Shown here: piece by piece, positions 33,465-42,351 of the stretch
Position numbering within the stretch: the stretch's first letter is position 1
How the letters are laid out: every line of letters starts with the position of its first letter
Assembly (NCBI GenBank): GCA_902803785.1
Contig: CADCRE010000034.1
Location: 1-62,064 of the forward strand
Direction of reading: 5' to 3'
Length of the DNA: 62,064 nucleotides
Origin: an uncultured Erysipelotrichaceae bacterium
Lineage (GTDB): Bacteria > Bacillota_I > Bacilli_A > Erysipelotrichales > Erysipelotrichaceae
Position numbers and translations under genes: made by a program
Notes under the pieces: generated by a model
Database searches by the model: none
Told to the model about the DNA's origin: nothing
What the model saw: the letters and a program-made list of their open reading frames with translations, nothing else

Positions 33465-33779
33465 ATGAGCGATAAAAAAGAAGAAAAGACATATACCGAA
33501 GAAGAGATAAAGAATATGTCTTACTGGCAGCTGTGGGAACTGAGAAGGAAGACAGGAGTCTGGTATTTCGTGATCCTGCTGGCCATCTATGCCTTCATGA
33601 CTTACCTGTTCCTGAAGGTGATCTACATGTTTGCCAGCAAGAATTTCAACGGTATGCGTTTCGCTGTCGACTGGTGGATCGTTCCGATCTGTCTGCTGAC
33701 GGGGCCGTTATACTATTACGGTCATGAATGGTATTACAAGAATATCTATCTGAAGAAACAGAAACAGGATGTGTCCTGA
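33465..33779 (+). CDS. small 2-TM membrane protein
   Basis: ORF 33429..33779 trimmed to the ATG at 33465 (MSDKKEEK...). TATAAT at 33453-33458 lies only 6 nt upstream, so the mRNA may be leaderless. Confidence 0.5.
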   Translation: MSDKKEEKTYTEEEIKNMSYWQLWELRRKTGVWYFVILLAIYAFMTYLFLKVIYMFASKNFNGMRFAVDWWIVPICLLTGPLYYYGHEWYYKNIYLKKQKQDVS

Positions 33780-33807
33780 GACACATCCTGTTTTTTTTTT
33801 TTTTTTT
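33765..33807. terminator. bidirectional terminator with a T17 tract
   Basis: CAGGATGTGTC (33765-33775) pairs with GACACATCCTG (33780-33790), followed by 17 consecutive T (33791-33807). The plus-gene stop codon is in the loop, and the minus-gene stop overlaps the T tract. Confidence 0.85.
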
Positions 33808-34462
33808 AATCTTTTCCCCAAATCTCGATGATCCGATCCTTGATCCGTTTCGCTTCTGTGACAGGGTCTTCTGCGGTGCGGATCGATCTTCCTGCGATGA
33901 TACAGAAGATCGGAAGGCCTTTAAACAGTTCGATACTGTCGTAATTGATGCCTCCGGTCACGGTGACCTGGATGTCGTGATCGCAGAGTTTCTTTACCAC
34001 TTCGATCTCTCTTTGACTCCAACCCGAAGGTTCATCGACGGAATGATGGAGGACGACCTGATGGATCCCGATCTGTTTCCAGATCTCCACTTCTTCGAAG
34101 GTCCAGTTGCCGTAAAGCTCCATCTGTACCTCGGTATTAAGTCCTCTGTCTTTGATCTCTTGCACGACGGCTTTCATCGTCTTCTGATTGGCGGCACAGA
34201 TGACGGTCAGATAATCCGGTCTTCCGTCCAGAAGCATTCCGGCCATGACTTTTCCGGAATCGGCGATCTTGAAATCAGCGACCAGTTTCTTGTCGGGATA
34301 GCGGTCTCTCATGATCTGAACGACCTTTCTTCCTTCGGAACCGATCAGTACGGTCCCGCATTCGATGATATCTACGACTTCATCCACACCTGTGGAAAGC
34401 ACTTCGAAGGCGTGATCCAGACTCAGTTCATCCAGTGCCAGCTGCAATAACGGTCTTTTCAT
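33806..34462 (-). CDS. ulaD: 3-keto-L-gulonate-6-phosphate decarboxylase (UlaD/SgbH family)
   Basis: LQLALD, VTVTGG, LFKGLPI, IAGRSIR and IEIWG blocks are collinear with E. coli UlaD. 218 aa. Confidence 0.85.
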   Translation of the reverse strand: MKRPLLQLALDELSLDHAFEVLSTGVDEVVDIIECGTVLIGSEGRKVVQIMRDRYPDKKLVADFKIADSGKVMAGMLLDGRPDYLTVICAANQKTMKAVVQEIKDRGLNTEVQMELYGNWTFEEVEIWKQIGIHQVVLHHSVDEPSGWSQREIEVVKKLCDHDIQVTVTGGINYDSIELFKGLPIFCIIAGRSIRTAEDPVTEAKRIKDRIIEIWGKD

Positions 34463-34471
34463 AATATCTCC

Positions 34472-35401
34472 TTATTTATACATCGTATAGAAACGGGCAG
34501 GATTCTCATACATGAAGCGATGGGTATCCTTCGGATCGAAACCTTCTTCTTCCAGACGCGGGATGAACTTGTTCTTGATGTAGGTGAGCCCCGGTCCGTA
34601 GCCGTAGACGGTATGATGTGTCCTCTTTCCCATGTCGTTGGAAAGCATCAGGCGGTCGCCGTAACCGTCATTCACGAGCTTCCTTAAAACGTTTGCGAGG
34701 ACTTCATCCGTATAGTATTTCGGTTTTCCCGGTCCGTCATAGATCAGATAGACGCCTTTTTCCAGCATCTTCTTATGGTACCAGTAGTCCGGATTCCTCG
34801 AGACGTGGGCGATACAGAAGTGATTCAGGTCCATGCCTTCTTCTTCCATGATGGCGATCTGTTCCAGACCCATGGTACCTGTACTGGTATGAGTATGGAC
34901 CGGTGCACCGGTGATCTTGGAAGTTCTGGCTGCCGCTCTTAAGACCATCTCTTCTCTGCGGGAGATGTAGTTGTAGGAAGTCCCGGCCTTGATCCATCCG
35001 GCCTTGTATCCGGTACCGTCCATGCCTTCCGTCACCTCTTTCACCATCTCTTCGACCAGATCTTCGATCGTCTTGTTTCCGATCCATTCATCCATATTGA
35101 CCTGATTTTCACAGAGATAGCCTGTGCAACAGATCAGTTTGACGCCTGTCTCACGGGAAAGTTCCGCCATGCCCAGAGTATTCCTTCCCCAGTGTTTCGT
35201 GGAAGCTTCCGCCATGGCTTCTCCGCCGGCATCCTTATATACTTCCAGCATTTCCTTCGCTTTTTCGTAATCGTTCAAAACATGTTCACTATCCATGTAT
35301 CCGCCGACCCGCGGATCGTCCAGGACGTGTTCATGAGCCATCGTGAATCCCAGTTCACTCGGATCGATGTCTCCCAGTATCGTTCTAATCTTTCCTTTCA
35401 T
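34472..35401 (-). CDS. phosphotriesterase-homology (PTE-like, amidohydrolase-fold) lactonase candidate
   Basis: GFTMAHEHV metal motif, TGAPVHTHTS, CIAHVS. Collinear with E. coli Php by eye. 309 aa. Confidence 0.8.
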   Translation of the reverse strand: MKGKIRTILGDIDPSELGFTMAHEHVLDDPRVGGYMDSEHVLNDYEKAKEMLEVYKDAGGEAMAEASTKHWGRNTLGMAELSRETGVKLICCTGYLCENQVNMDEWIGNKTIEDLVEEMVKEVTEGMDGTGYKAGWIKAGTSYNYISRREEMVLRAAARTSKITGAPVHTHTSTGTMGLEQIAIMEEEGMDLNHFCIAHVSRNPDYWYHKKMLEKGVYLIYDGPGKPKYYTDEVLANVLRKLVNDGYGDRLMLSNDMGKRTHHTVYGYGPGLTYIKNKFIPRLEEEGFDPKDTHRFMYENPARFYTMYK

Positions 35402-35410
35402 CTTATTCTC

Positions 35411-36169
35411 CTATTTCGCTACGATGAGCCTGCAGGAGGAATCTCTGCAGAGCTCTTCGAATTCTTCTCCCGGTGTCTCATCGGTGATCAGACAGTCGAT
35501 GTCTTTCAGTGTCGCAAAGCTGTACAGGGACATCGTATTGAATTTCTTCTTATCTGCCAGAAGGATCGTCTGATCGCTGATGGCGATCTCGGCCTTCTTC
35601 AGGTCCGCTTCCAGATCGACGACGTTGGTGATGGAATGCAGATTGATCCCGTTGCAGGAGATGAAGCACTTGTTTGCGTTGAGGTCACTGATCTGTCTGG
35701 CTGACTGCATCCCGACGAACGACATGACGATCTTGTCGAGGTTCCCGCCGATACTGACGACGTTGAAGTCGCAGTCCAATGTTTCATTCAGCACAGCCAG
35801 ATTGTTTGTGATCAGAGTGATATTTTTCTTCTTTTTCAGATGTGTGACCATGTGTGCTACCGTCGAACCGGAACCGAGTAGGACGATGTCTCCGTCTTCG
35901 ACCAGTCTTGCGGCTTCTGCGGCGATCCGATCCTTGACATAGTCGAATTTGAAGAGGGAGGAATTTCCTTCTTCCTGAAGATAGGAATCGGAGATCTTCA
36001 CTCCGCCGTGGACTTTCTCGATGACGCCTTTTTCTTCCAGTTCTTCCATATCCCTGCGGATCGTGGACATCGAGACATGGAACTGTTCACACAGATCTTC
36101 ATAGGAACAGAGTCCGTATGTGCGGATATATTCCGTGATATTGTTTGTTCGCTGCAGTTTCATGATCAC
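35411..36169 (-). CDS. DeoR family transcriptional regulator (UlaR-like position)
   Basis: HTH region ITEYIRTYGLCSYEDLCEQFHVSMSTIRRDM plus a DeoR C-terminal domain. Confidence 0.85.
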   Translation of the reverse strand: MIMKLQRTNNITEYIRTYGLCSYEDLCEQFHVSMSTIRRDMEELEEKGVIEKVHGGVKISDSYLQEEGNSSLFKFDYVKDRIAAEAARLVEDGDIVLLGSGSTVAHMVTHLKKKKNITLITNNLAVLNETLDCDFNVVSIGGNLDKIVMSFVGMQSARQISDLNANKCFISCNGINLHSITNVVDLEADLKKAEIAISDQTILLADKKKFNTMSLYSFATLKDIDCLITDETPGEEFEELCRDSSCRLIVAK

Positions 36170-36930
36170 CTCATCAGCATGCCGCCGGTCGCGTCTAACG
36201 TAGCGCCGGTCATATAATCAGCCTGGGAGCTGACCAGGAAGAGGACGACTCTTGCGACTTCTTCGACGGTCGCGATCCTTCCGATCGGGATCCTCTCCAG
36301 GTACTTCTCTCTTCTGACAGGATCGTCGACGATGGCTGAAACCATCTTGCTCTCCATGATGCCCGGAGCGACACAGTTGACGTTGATCCCGTATCTTGCG
36401 ACTTCTCTGGCCAGAGAGATCGAGAATCCGACGATCCCGGCCTTGGAGGAAGCGTAGTGCGCATGTCCGGAAGTGGAGCCGTGGAAGGCAGCCTGGGAGG
36501 TCATGTTGACGATCTTTCCCTTCCTTCCGTTGTCGATACAGTAGTTGATGAACCTCTGGCAAAGCAGGAACGGTCCGACAAGGTTGACGTCCAGGGTGTG
36601 TTTGAAATCTTCGACAGACATGTCCCGGATGTAGGATGTCAGCCAGATGGCTGCGTTGTTGATCAGGATATCGACCTGTCCCATCTGTTTCAGAGTCTCG
36701 TCGAAGAGATAGTCGATGTCTTCCTTTCTGGAGACATCGCATTCGATAAAGATGACCTTGACCCCTGTCTGATTGTAGCGGTCGAGTTTCTCTTGCGTAT
36801 CGTCATGTCTGCGGATCCCGCTCATGACGACGTTGACACCTTCCCGGACCAGCTTCTCCACGATGGCAGCACCGAGCCCGGCTGCCGATCCGGTCACGAT
36901 CGCGGTCTTTCCTTTGATATCGTATTCCAT
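36166..36930 (-). CDS. SDR-family oxidoreductase
   Basis: TGSAAGLG cofactor motif, NNAA, catalytic YASSK. 254 aa. Confidence 0.85.
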   Translation of the reverse strand: MEYDIKGKTAIVTGSAAGLGAAIVEKLVREGVNVVMSGIRRHDDTQEKLDRYNQTGVKVIFIECDVSRKEDIDYLFDETLKQMGQVDILINNAAIWLTSYIRDMSVEDFKHTLDVNLVGPFLLCQRFINYCIDNGRKGKIVNMTSQAAFHGSTSGHAHYASSKAGIVGFSISLAREVARYGINVNCVAPGIMESKMVSAIVDDPVRREKYLERIPIGRIATVEEVARVVLFLVSSQADYMTGATLDATGGMLMR

Positions 36931-36932
36931 AG

Positions 36933-37922
36933 TTATCCTTTCAGATAGGTATCGGCCATCCGTTCACACAGCAGGACCGGAGAATGCGTGAAGGCATCTT
37001 TCGTCGTTCCGGCCATGTGCGGTGTCACGGTGACATTGTCGTATTTCAAGAACTTGTAGTCCTTTGTCGGAGGTTCCATCTCGAAGACGTCGATCGCTGC
37101 ACCGGCGATCTTTCCTTCTCTCAGGACTCTGTCCAGTGCGTCTTCATCGACCAGTCCGGAACGGGCGGTATTGATGAAGTAGGCAGTTGGTTTCATCGAG
37201 GAAAGCAGTTCGTAGGTGATCATCTTCTGATTGTCTTTGGTCAGACGGGAATGGACGGTCACGAAGTCCGCCTTGGCGAAGAGTTCTTCCAGGCTGACGG
37301 TCTCGATGTCTTTCACATACGGATCGTAGACGATCACGTTCATATCGAAGGCTCTCAGTCTCTGAGCGACTTTTCTTCCGATCGCACCGTAGCCGACGAT
37401 ACCGACGGTCTTGGCGCAGAGATCGGGAACGCTGTCCTTGTTGGAGTATTCCTTGACCCAGTGTCCTTCCTTCAATAATCTGTGAGCTCTGGCGATGTTT
37501 CTCGCTTCGCACAGCAGCATTCCGACAGTGAAATCGGCGACCGCATTCGCATTCCTTCCCGGCGTATTGAAGACCTGTATCCCTTTTTCTTTACAGAGTT
37601 CCAGGTTGATGTTTTCCATCCCTCCGCGCAGGACGCCTACCGCTTTCAGATGTTCACAGGCATCGAGCACTTTCTTTCCGATCGGACAGAACTGGGTGAT
37701 GATGATATCCGCATCCTTCACCGCTTCCACGATATAGTCTTCCGTTTCGTAGGCTTCGCTTCCGCCTTTTTCCACTTTCAGATTGATGTTCTGAAGTTCT
37801 TCAAAATCTTTTCTTTTCCATTCGATGAGTTCCAGCTGATGTCCCGCTTCCACAAACGGTTTAAAACCGTTTCCGATATATTCTGCAGGTATCAGCAGAT
37901 CACCGATCCCAACGATCTTCAT
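36933..37922 (-). CDS. D-isomer-specific 2-hydroxyacid dehydrogenase family protein
   Basis: GIVGYGAIGRKVA NAD motif. INTARSGLVDEDAL and PHMAGTT blocks. 329 aa. Confidence 0.85.
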   Translation of the reverse strand: MKIVGIGDLLIPAEYIGNGFKPFVEAGHQLELIEWKRKDFEELQNINLKVEKGGSEAYETEDYIVEAVKDADIIITQFCPIGKKVLDACEHLKAVGVLRGGMENINLELCKEKGIQVFNTPGRNANAVADFTVGMLLCEARNIARAHRLLKEGHWVKEYSNKDSVPDLCAKTVGIVGYGAIGRKVAQRLRAFDMNVIVYDPYVKDIETVSLEELFAKADFVTVHSRLTKDNQKMITYELLSSMKPTAYFINTARSGLVDEDALDRVLREGKIAGAAIDVFEMEPPTKDYKFLKYDNVTVTPHMAGTTKDAFTHSPVLLCERMADTYLKG

Positions 37923-38233
37923 CTTCCCATCCTCCTATATATAATTGAATTATTTCCTGTTTTCAGAAAGTTGTCAAATACTATTAAAAAAGAAGTAAAA
38001 TGACAAAATTATGAGTAAAAACAGATTTTATTATGAATGAATAAAGATCTGAAAATGCATTATGAATGTTTGCTTCGATTTACTTTTTTTAAAATCTATA
38101 CTATATTTGAAATATACGCCTTTGATAGCCCTTACATACAACGATATACAGGAGTATCCGCTCATGAAGAGTTTCAGAGGCTGTATAGTAACACGGTGTA
38201 GATCCATCTACACGATAAGGGGGAAATTTTTAA

Positions 38234-39685
38234 ATGGAGTTTTTAAAGAGCGTCTGGATGTTCTTCCAAACGAACATCCTCACTCAGCCGGCCTTCTTCG
38301 TAGGTTTCCTGGTTCTGATCGGTTACCTGCTGTTAAAGAGACCGTTCTATCAGGCATATGCCGGATTTGTTAAGGCGACTGTAGGTTACCTGATCCTCAA
38401 CGTCGGTTCCGGCGGTCTGGTCAGCAACTTCCGTCCTATCCTGGCGGGTTTGAACCAGAGATTCAACCTTAACGCTGCAGTCATCGACCCATACTTCGGT
38501 CAGTCTGCTGCAACTGCTGCTCTGGAAGCTGTCGGACGTACGACTTCCCTGGTCTTCTTAGGCCTGTTGGTTGCGTTCTTCCTGAACATCTTACTGGTAG
38601 CTTTAAGAAAAGTTACGAAGATCCGTACTTTATTCATTACCGGTCATATCATGGTCCAGCAGTCCTCAACAGCTATGTGGATGACAGTCTTCTGCTTCCC
38701 GCAGCTTCAGGACGTTACAGCTGTCATTCTGATGGGTGTCCTGCTCGGTGTATTCTGGGCTGTATCCGCTAACCTGACAGTTGAACCGACTCAGAGACTG
38801 ACAGACGGCGGCGGCTTCGCTGTCGGTCATCAGCAGATGTTCGGTGTCTGGCTCGTCAACAAACTCGCTCCGAAGATCGGCGGCAAGGATGCGAAGAGCC
38901 TCGACGAACTCGAACTCCCAGGCTGGCTGTCCATCTTCTCTGACAACGTCGTTGCGACCAGTACTCTGATGCTCCTGTTCTTCGGTATCCTGTTAAGCGT
39001 TTTAGGCCCGACATTCCTGAAGGAAGGCCTCGGCATCAAGTTCAACAGCTTCCCGTTCTATGTCATGACGACTGCATTCAACATGGCAGTCTACCTCAGC
39101 ATCCTGCAGCTCGGTGTCCGTATGTTCGTTGCTGAACTGACGGAATCCTTCACAGGTATCTCTGAGAAACTGTTACCTGGTTCTGTACCTTCTGTCGACT
39201 GTGCCGCTACTTACGGTTTCGGTTCCGCAAACGCTCCGATCATCGGTTTCTTCTTCGGTGCTTTAGGTCAGTTCCTGGCTATCATCGGCTTAGTCGTATT
39301 CAAGAGCCCGATCCTGATCATCACAGGTTTCGTGCCGGTATTCTTCGATAACGCTACATTCGCCGTCTTCGCAAACAAGGCATCCGGCTTCAAGGCTGCT
39401 GCGATCCTGACATTCTGTTCAGGCATCATCCAGGTCCTCGGCGGTGCAGTCTGCGCAAGCGTCTTCCAGACTTACCAGTATGGCGGATGGCACGGAAACT
39501 TTGATATGGATACTGTATGGCTCGTCGGTGGCTTACTGCAGAAATACGCAGGCATCATCGGTTACGTCGTATGCCTGGTCGCTCTGCTGATCATCCCGCA
39601 GCTCCAGTACAGAAAGGATCCGGAACACTACTTCCAGGTCGTTGAAGACTGGGATGCCTACAAGGCAGCTAAGGGGATCGAATAA
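38234..39685 (+). CDS. ulaA: PTS ascorbate-family EIIC (UlaA/SgaT)
   Basis: 483-aa polytopic protein. N-terminus FLKSVWMFFQTNILTQPAFFVGFLVLIGYLLL is typical of UlaA. Followed by ulaB and ulaC. Confidence 0.88.
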   Translation: MEFLKSVWMFFQTNILTQPAFFVGFLVLIGYLLLKRPFYQAYAGFVKATVGYLILNVGSGGLVSNFRPILAGLNQRFNLNAAVIDPYFGQSAATAALEAVGRTTSLVFLGLLVAFFLNILLVALRKVTKIRTLFITGHIMVQQSSTAMWMTVFCFPQLQDVTAVILMGVLLGVFWAVSANLTVEPTQRLTDGGGFAVGHQQMFGVWLVNKLAPKIGGKDAKSLDELELPGWLSIFSDNVVATSTLMLLFFGILLSVLGPTFLKEGLGIKFNSFPFYVMTTAFNMAVYLSILQLGVRMFVAELTESFTGISEKLLPGSVPSVDCAATYGFGSANAPIIGFFFGALGQFLAIIGLVVFKSPILIITGFVPVFFDNATFAVFANKASGFKAAAILTFCSGIIQVLGGAVCASVFQTYQYGGWHGNFDMDTVWLVGGLLQKYAGIIGYVVCLVALLIIPQLQYRKDPEHYFQVVEDWDAYKAAKGIE

Positions 39686-39745
39686 TCATCGTTCTTAAAC
39701 GGAATACGGATTCCGATAAGACAATAACAATGGAGGTAATATAGT

Positions 39746-40039
39746 ATGTTAAAAGTTATTGCAGCCTGTGGAAATGGCATGGGTTCCAGCCAGATGATCA
39801 AAATGAAGATCACTAAGGTCTTCAAGAAACTCGGTGTCGATGTTCAGGTCGATCATAACAGTGTCGGTGCAGCTACCAGCATGGCATCCAACTATGACGC
39901 TGTCTTCGTATCTCAGAACTTCGTCAACAACTTCGCCAATGCAGCGGGCAGAGGCGTCAAGATCATCGGTTTAAAGAATCTGCTGTCTGAACAGGAGATC
40001 GAAGAAAAGATCGTTGAAGCAGGCCTGGATAAGAAATAA
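39746..40039 (+). CDS. ulaB: PTS ascorbate-family EIIB (UlaB/SgaB)
   Basis: 97 aa. MLKVIAACGNGMGSS contains the active-site Cys context. Confidence 0.88.
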   Translation: MLKVIAACGNGMGSSQMIKMKITKVFKKLGVDVQVDHNSVGAATSMASNYDAVFVSQNFVNNFANAAGRGVKIIGLKNLLSEQEIEEKIVEAGLDKK

Positions 40040-40081
40040 TACCTGCTATAGTGCTTCTAACGATTGAGAAATCGATCAAAG

Positions 40082-40113
40082 GCGCTATCCCGTGAAAGGG
40101 ATAGCGCTTTTTT
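40082..40113 (+). terminator. intrinsic terminator between ulaB and ulaC
   Basis: GCGCTATCCC (40082-40091) pairs with GGGATAGCGC (40098-40107), followed by a T6 run. Confidence 0.8.
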
Positions 40114-40121
40114 GTTATAAT
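40113..40121 (+). promoter_or_regulatory. extended -10 promoter element (TGtTATAAT)
   Basis: TGTTATAAT directly follows the terminator T-run, about 37 nt before the ulaC ATG. Confidence 0.5.
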
Positions 40122-40157
40122 GAAGGCAGTAAAATATTTTAAATAATAGGAGGAAAT

Positions 40158-40619
40158 ATGTTACTTAAGGAACTGGTAGAAAAGAAACTGACTTGCTACG
40201 AAGAGGGTTTTGATGATTGGAAGGATGCCGTCAAGGCTAACGGTGTACCTCTCAAGAACGAAGGATACATCGATGATTCCTATCTGGATGCCGTCATCGC
40301 CTGTGTCGAGAAGTACGGCCCGTATATCGTCATCGCTCCGAACATCGCAATGCCTCATTCTACGGAAGGTGCTCCGGGTGTCTATAAGACAGGTATCGGC
40401 TTCATGAAGACGGAAAGACCGGTCCATTTCGATCCGAACGATCCGGAAAAGGATGCAAGACTCTTCTTTATGCTGGCATCCAACGATTCCGAAGCTCATC
40501 TGAACAATATGATGCAGCTGGCTGACATGCTGTCAAACGACGACCTGGTCGCTGACCTGCTGAATGCTAAGAACGATGAAGATGTTCTGGCTGTCGCAGC
40601 GAAATACAGCGAGGAATAA
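40158..40619 (+). CDS. ulaC: PTS ascorbate-family EIIA (UlaC/SgaA, PTS_EIIA_2)
   Basis: 153 aa. IAPNIAMPHS phospho-His context. RBS AGGAGGA. Confidence 0.85.
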   Translation: MLLKELVEKKLTCYEEGFDDWKDAVKANGVPLKNEGYIDDSYLDAVIACVEKYGPYIVIAPNIAMPHSTEGAPGVYKTGIGFMKTERPVHFDPNDPEKDARLFFMLASNDSEAHLNNMMQLADMLSNDDLVADLLNAKNDEDVLAVAAKYSEE

Positions 40620-40620
40620 T

Positions 40621-41652
40621 ATGAAGTTTGAGAAGATTCATCTGGATGACATCAAGAGGTGCTACTGCGCCAGCCATATGTTCATCGACGGAAAGCCGCT
40701 GATCTTCTTCGCCAGTGAAGATCCGGAGAGCCCATGCAACGCCTATATGGGTGAGGATTTCACGGAAAAGGTCAATCTGTGGGAAGACAGAGGCGGATGT
40801 ATGTCGATCATTCCGTTCCCTGACAGACCGGGAGAATTCCTGGCCGTCAATGAATTCTATCTGAAGGTCTCTCCGTCTCATTCCAAACTGGTCTGGGGCA
40901 AGTGTGTCGACGGACAGTGGACGGTAAAAGACGTCTTCAATCTTCCGTATCTACACCGTTTCGATATCTACAACGTCGAAGGAAAAGACTATGTGCTGGT
41001 CACGACGATCGCCAGAGACAAGAGAAACAAGGAAGACTGGACGAGACCGGGACAGGTCTATGTCGGTGAGATCCCGGCAGATCTGGAGAATGAGAACGTC
41101 GTCCTGAGACAGCTCATGGACGGACAGTTCCATAACCACGGATACTACCGCTGCCACGAAGACGGAAAGGACTGCAGCTACATCGCATCCGATCAGGGCG
41201 TCTTCCGCATCGATCCTCCGTGCGAAGGAAAAGACTGGACGGTCACCAAGATCAAGGAAGGACGTACCTCTGAAGCGGCTGTCGGCGATATCGACGGTGA
41301 TGGCATCGACGAGATGATCACGATCGAACCGTTCCATGGCAACACGATCAAGATCTACAAGCTGGATGAAAACTGTACCGAAGTCTACAGCTATCCGTAT
41401 GAACTGGATTTTGCGCATGCGCTGAAGTTCGATGAGATCGGCGGCAAGAAGTGCTTCGTCGGCGGTATCCGCAGAGTGGATGCGGAACTGTTCGTGATCA
41501 CATTCGAAGACGGCGAATACAGGCTCGACCGTGTCGATCTGGGCGGAGGACCGGCCAATGTGGATGTCCTGCATGCCTACGGTCATGACTATATCCTGGC
41601 TGCCAACCATACCAGAAATGAAGCAGCCATCTATAAATATCTGGGAGAATAA
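40621..41652 (+). CDS. unknown cytoplasmic protein, beta-propeller/FG-GAP-like
   Basis: ORF 40564..41652 trimmed to the ATG at 40621, 1 nt after the ulaC stop. No signal peptide. VGDIDGDGIDEMITIEPFHG is FG-GAP/VCBS-like. Repeated beta-strand pattern. Confidence 0.7.
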   Translation: MKFEKIHLDDIKRCYCASHMFIDGKPLIFFASEDPESPCNAYMGEDFTEKVNLWEDRGGCMSIIPFPDRPGEFLAVNEFYLKVSPSHSKLVWGKCVDGQWTVKDVFNLPYLHRFDIYNVEGKDYVLVTTIARDKRNKEDWTRPGQVYVGEIPADLENENVVLRQLMDGQFHNHGYYRCHEDGKDCSYIASDQGVFRIDPPCEGKDWTVTKIKEGRTSEAAVGDIDGDGIDEMITIEPFHGNTIKIYKLDENCTEVYSYPYELDFAHALKFDEIGGKKCFVGGIRRVDAELFVITFEDGEYRLDRVDLGGGPANVDVLHAYGHDYILAANHTRNEAAIYKYLGE

Positions 41653-41655
41653 AAC

Positions 41656-42351
41656 ATGCTGGAAGAACTGAAACAGAAAGTATTTGAAGCCAATCTGGAA
41701 CTGCCGAAGTACGGCCTGGTCATCTTCACCTGGGGCAATGTCTCCGGGATCGACAGAGAGAAGGGTCTGGTCGTCATCAAGCCATCCGGCGTGGATTACG
41801 ACAAGATGACGGCAGAAGATATGGTCGTCACGGATCTGGAGGGAAACGTGGTCGAAGGAAAGCTGAAACCTTCCAGTGACCTGATGACACACCTGGAGTT
41901 CTATAAGAACTTCCCGAACATCGGCGGTGTCGTACATACACATTCCATCAATGCGGTCGCATTCGCACAGGCAGGAAAGGATATTCCGGCTTTAGGTACG
42001 ACCCACGGTGACTATTTCTACGGAAACATCCCATGCACGAGATATATGACTCCGGAAGAGATCGGCGGTGAATACGAGCTCAATACCGGCAAGGTCATCG
42101 TTGAGACGTTCAAAGAGAGAAAGATCGATCCGGATCAGATGCCTGCAGTGCTGGTCCATTCCCACGGTCCGTTCACCTGGGGCAAAGATCCGTTCGACGC
42201 AGTACACAATTCCGTCGTACTGGAAGCTCTCTCTGAAATGGCGATGAAGACACTGATCGTCAATCCGAATGTCAAGGATATGCAGCAGGAACTGCTGGAC
42301 AAGCACTTCCTCAGAAAACACGGCCCTGGAGCTTATTATGGGCAAAACTAG
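41656..42351 (+). CDS. ulaF: L-ribulose-5-phosphate 4-epimerase (UlaF/AraD/SgbE)
   Basis: 231 aa. [24 protein letters not shown] and HGPFTWG class II aldolase/epimerase motifs. Confidence 0.9.
   Translation: MLEELKQKVFEANLELPKYGLVIFTWGNVSGIDREKGLVVIKPSGVDYDKMTAEDMVVTDLEGNVVEGKLKPSSDLMTHLEFYKNFPNIGGVVHTHSINAVAFAQAGKDIPALGTTHGDYFYGNIPCTRYMTPEEIGGEYELNTGKVIVETFKERKIDPDQMPAVLVHSHGPFTWGKDPFDAVHNSVVLEALSEMAMKTLIVNPNVKDMQQELLDKHFLRKHGPGAYYGQN

Noticed and set aside
38062-38373. 103-aa ORF spanning the ulaA leader and overlapping the ulaA start.
   Set aside because: It is out of frame with ulaA, has no RBS, and begins in the AT-rich operator region. The ulaA ATG at 38234 has a strong AAGGGGG SD.
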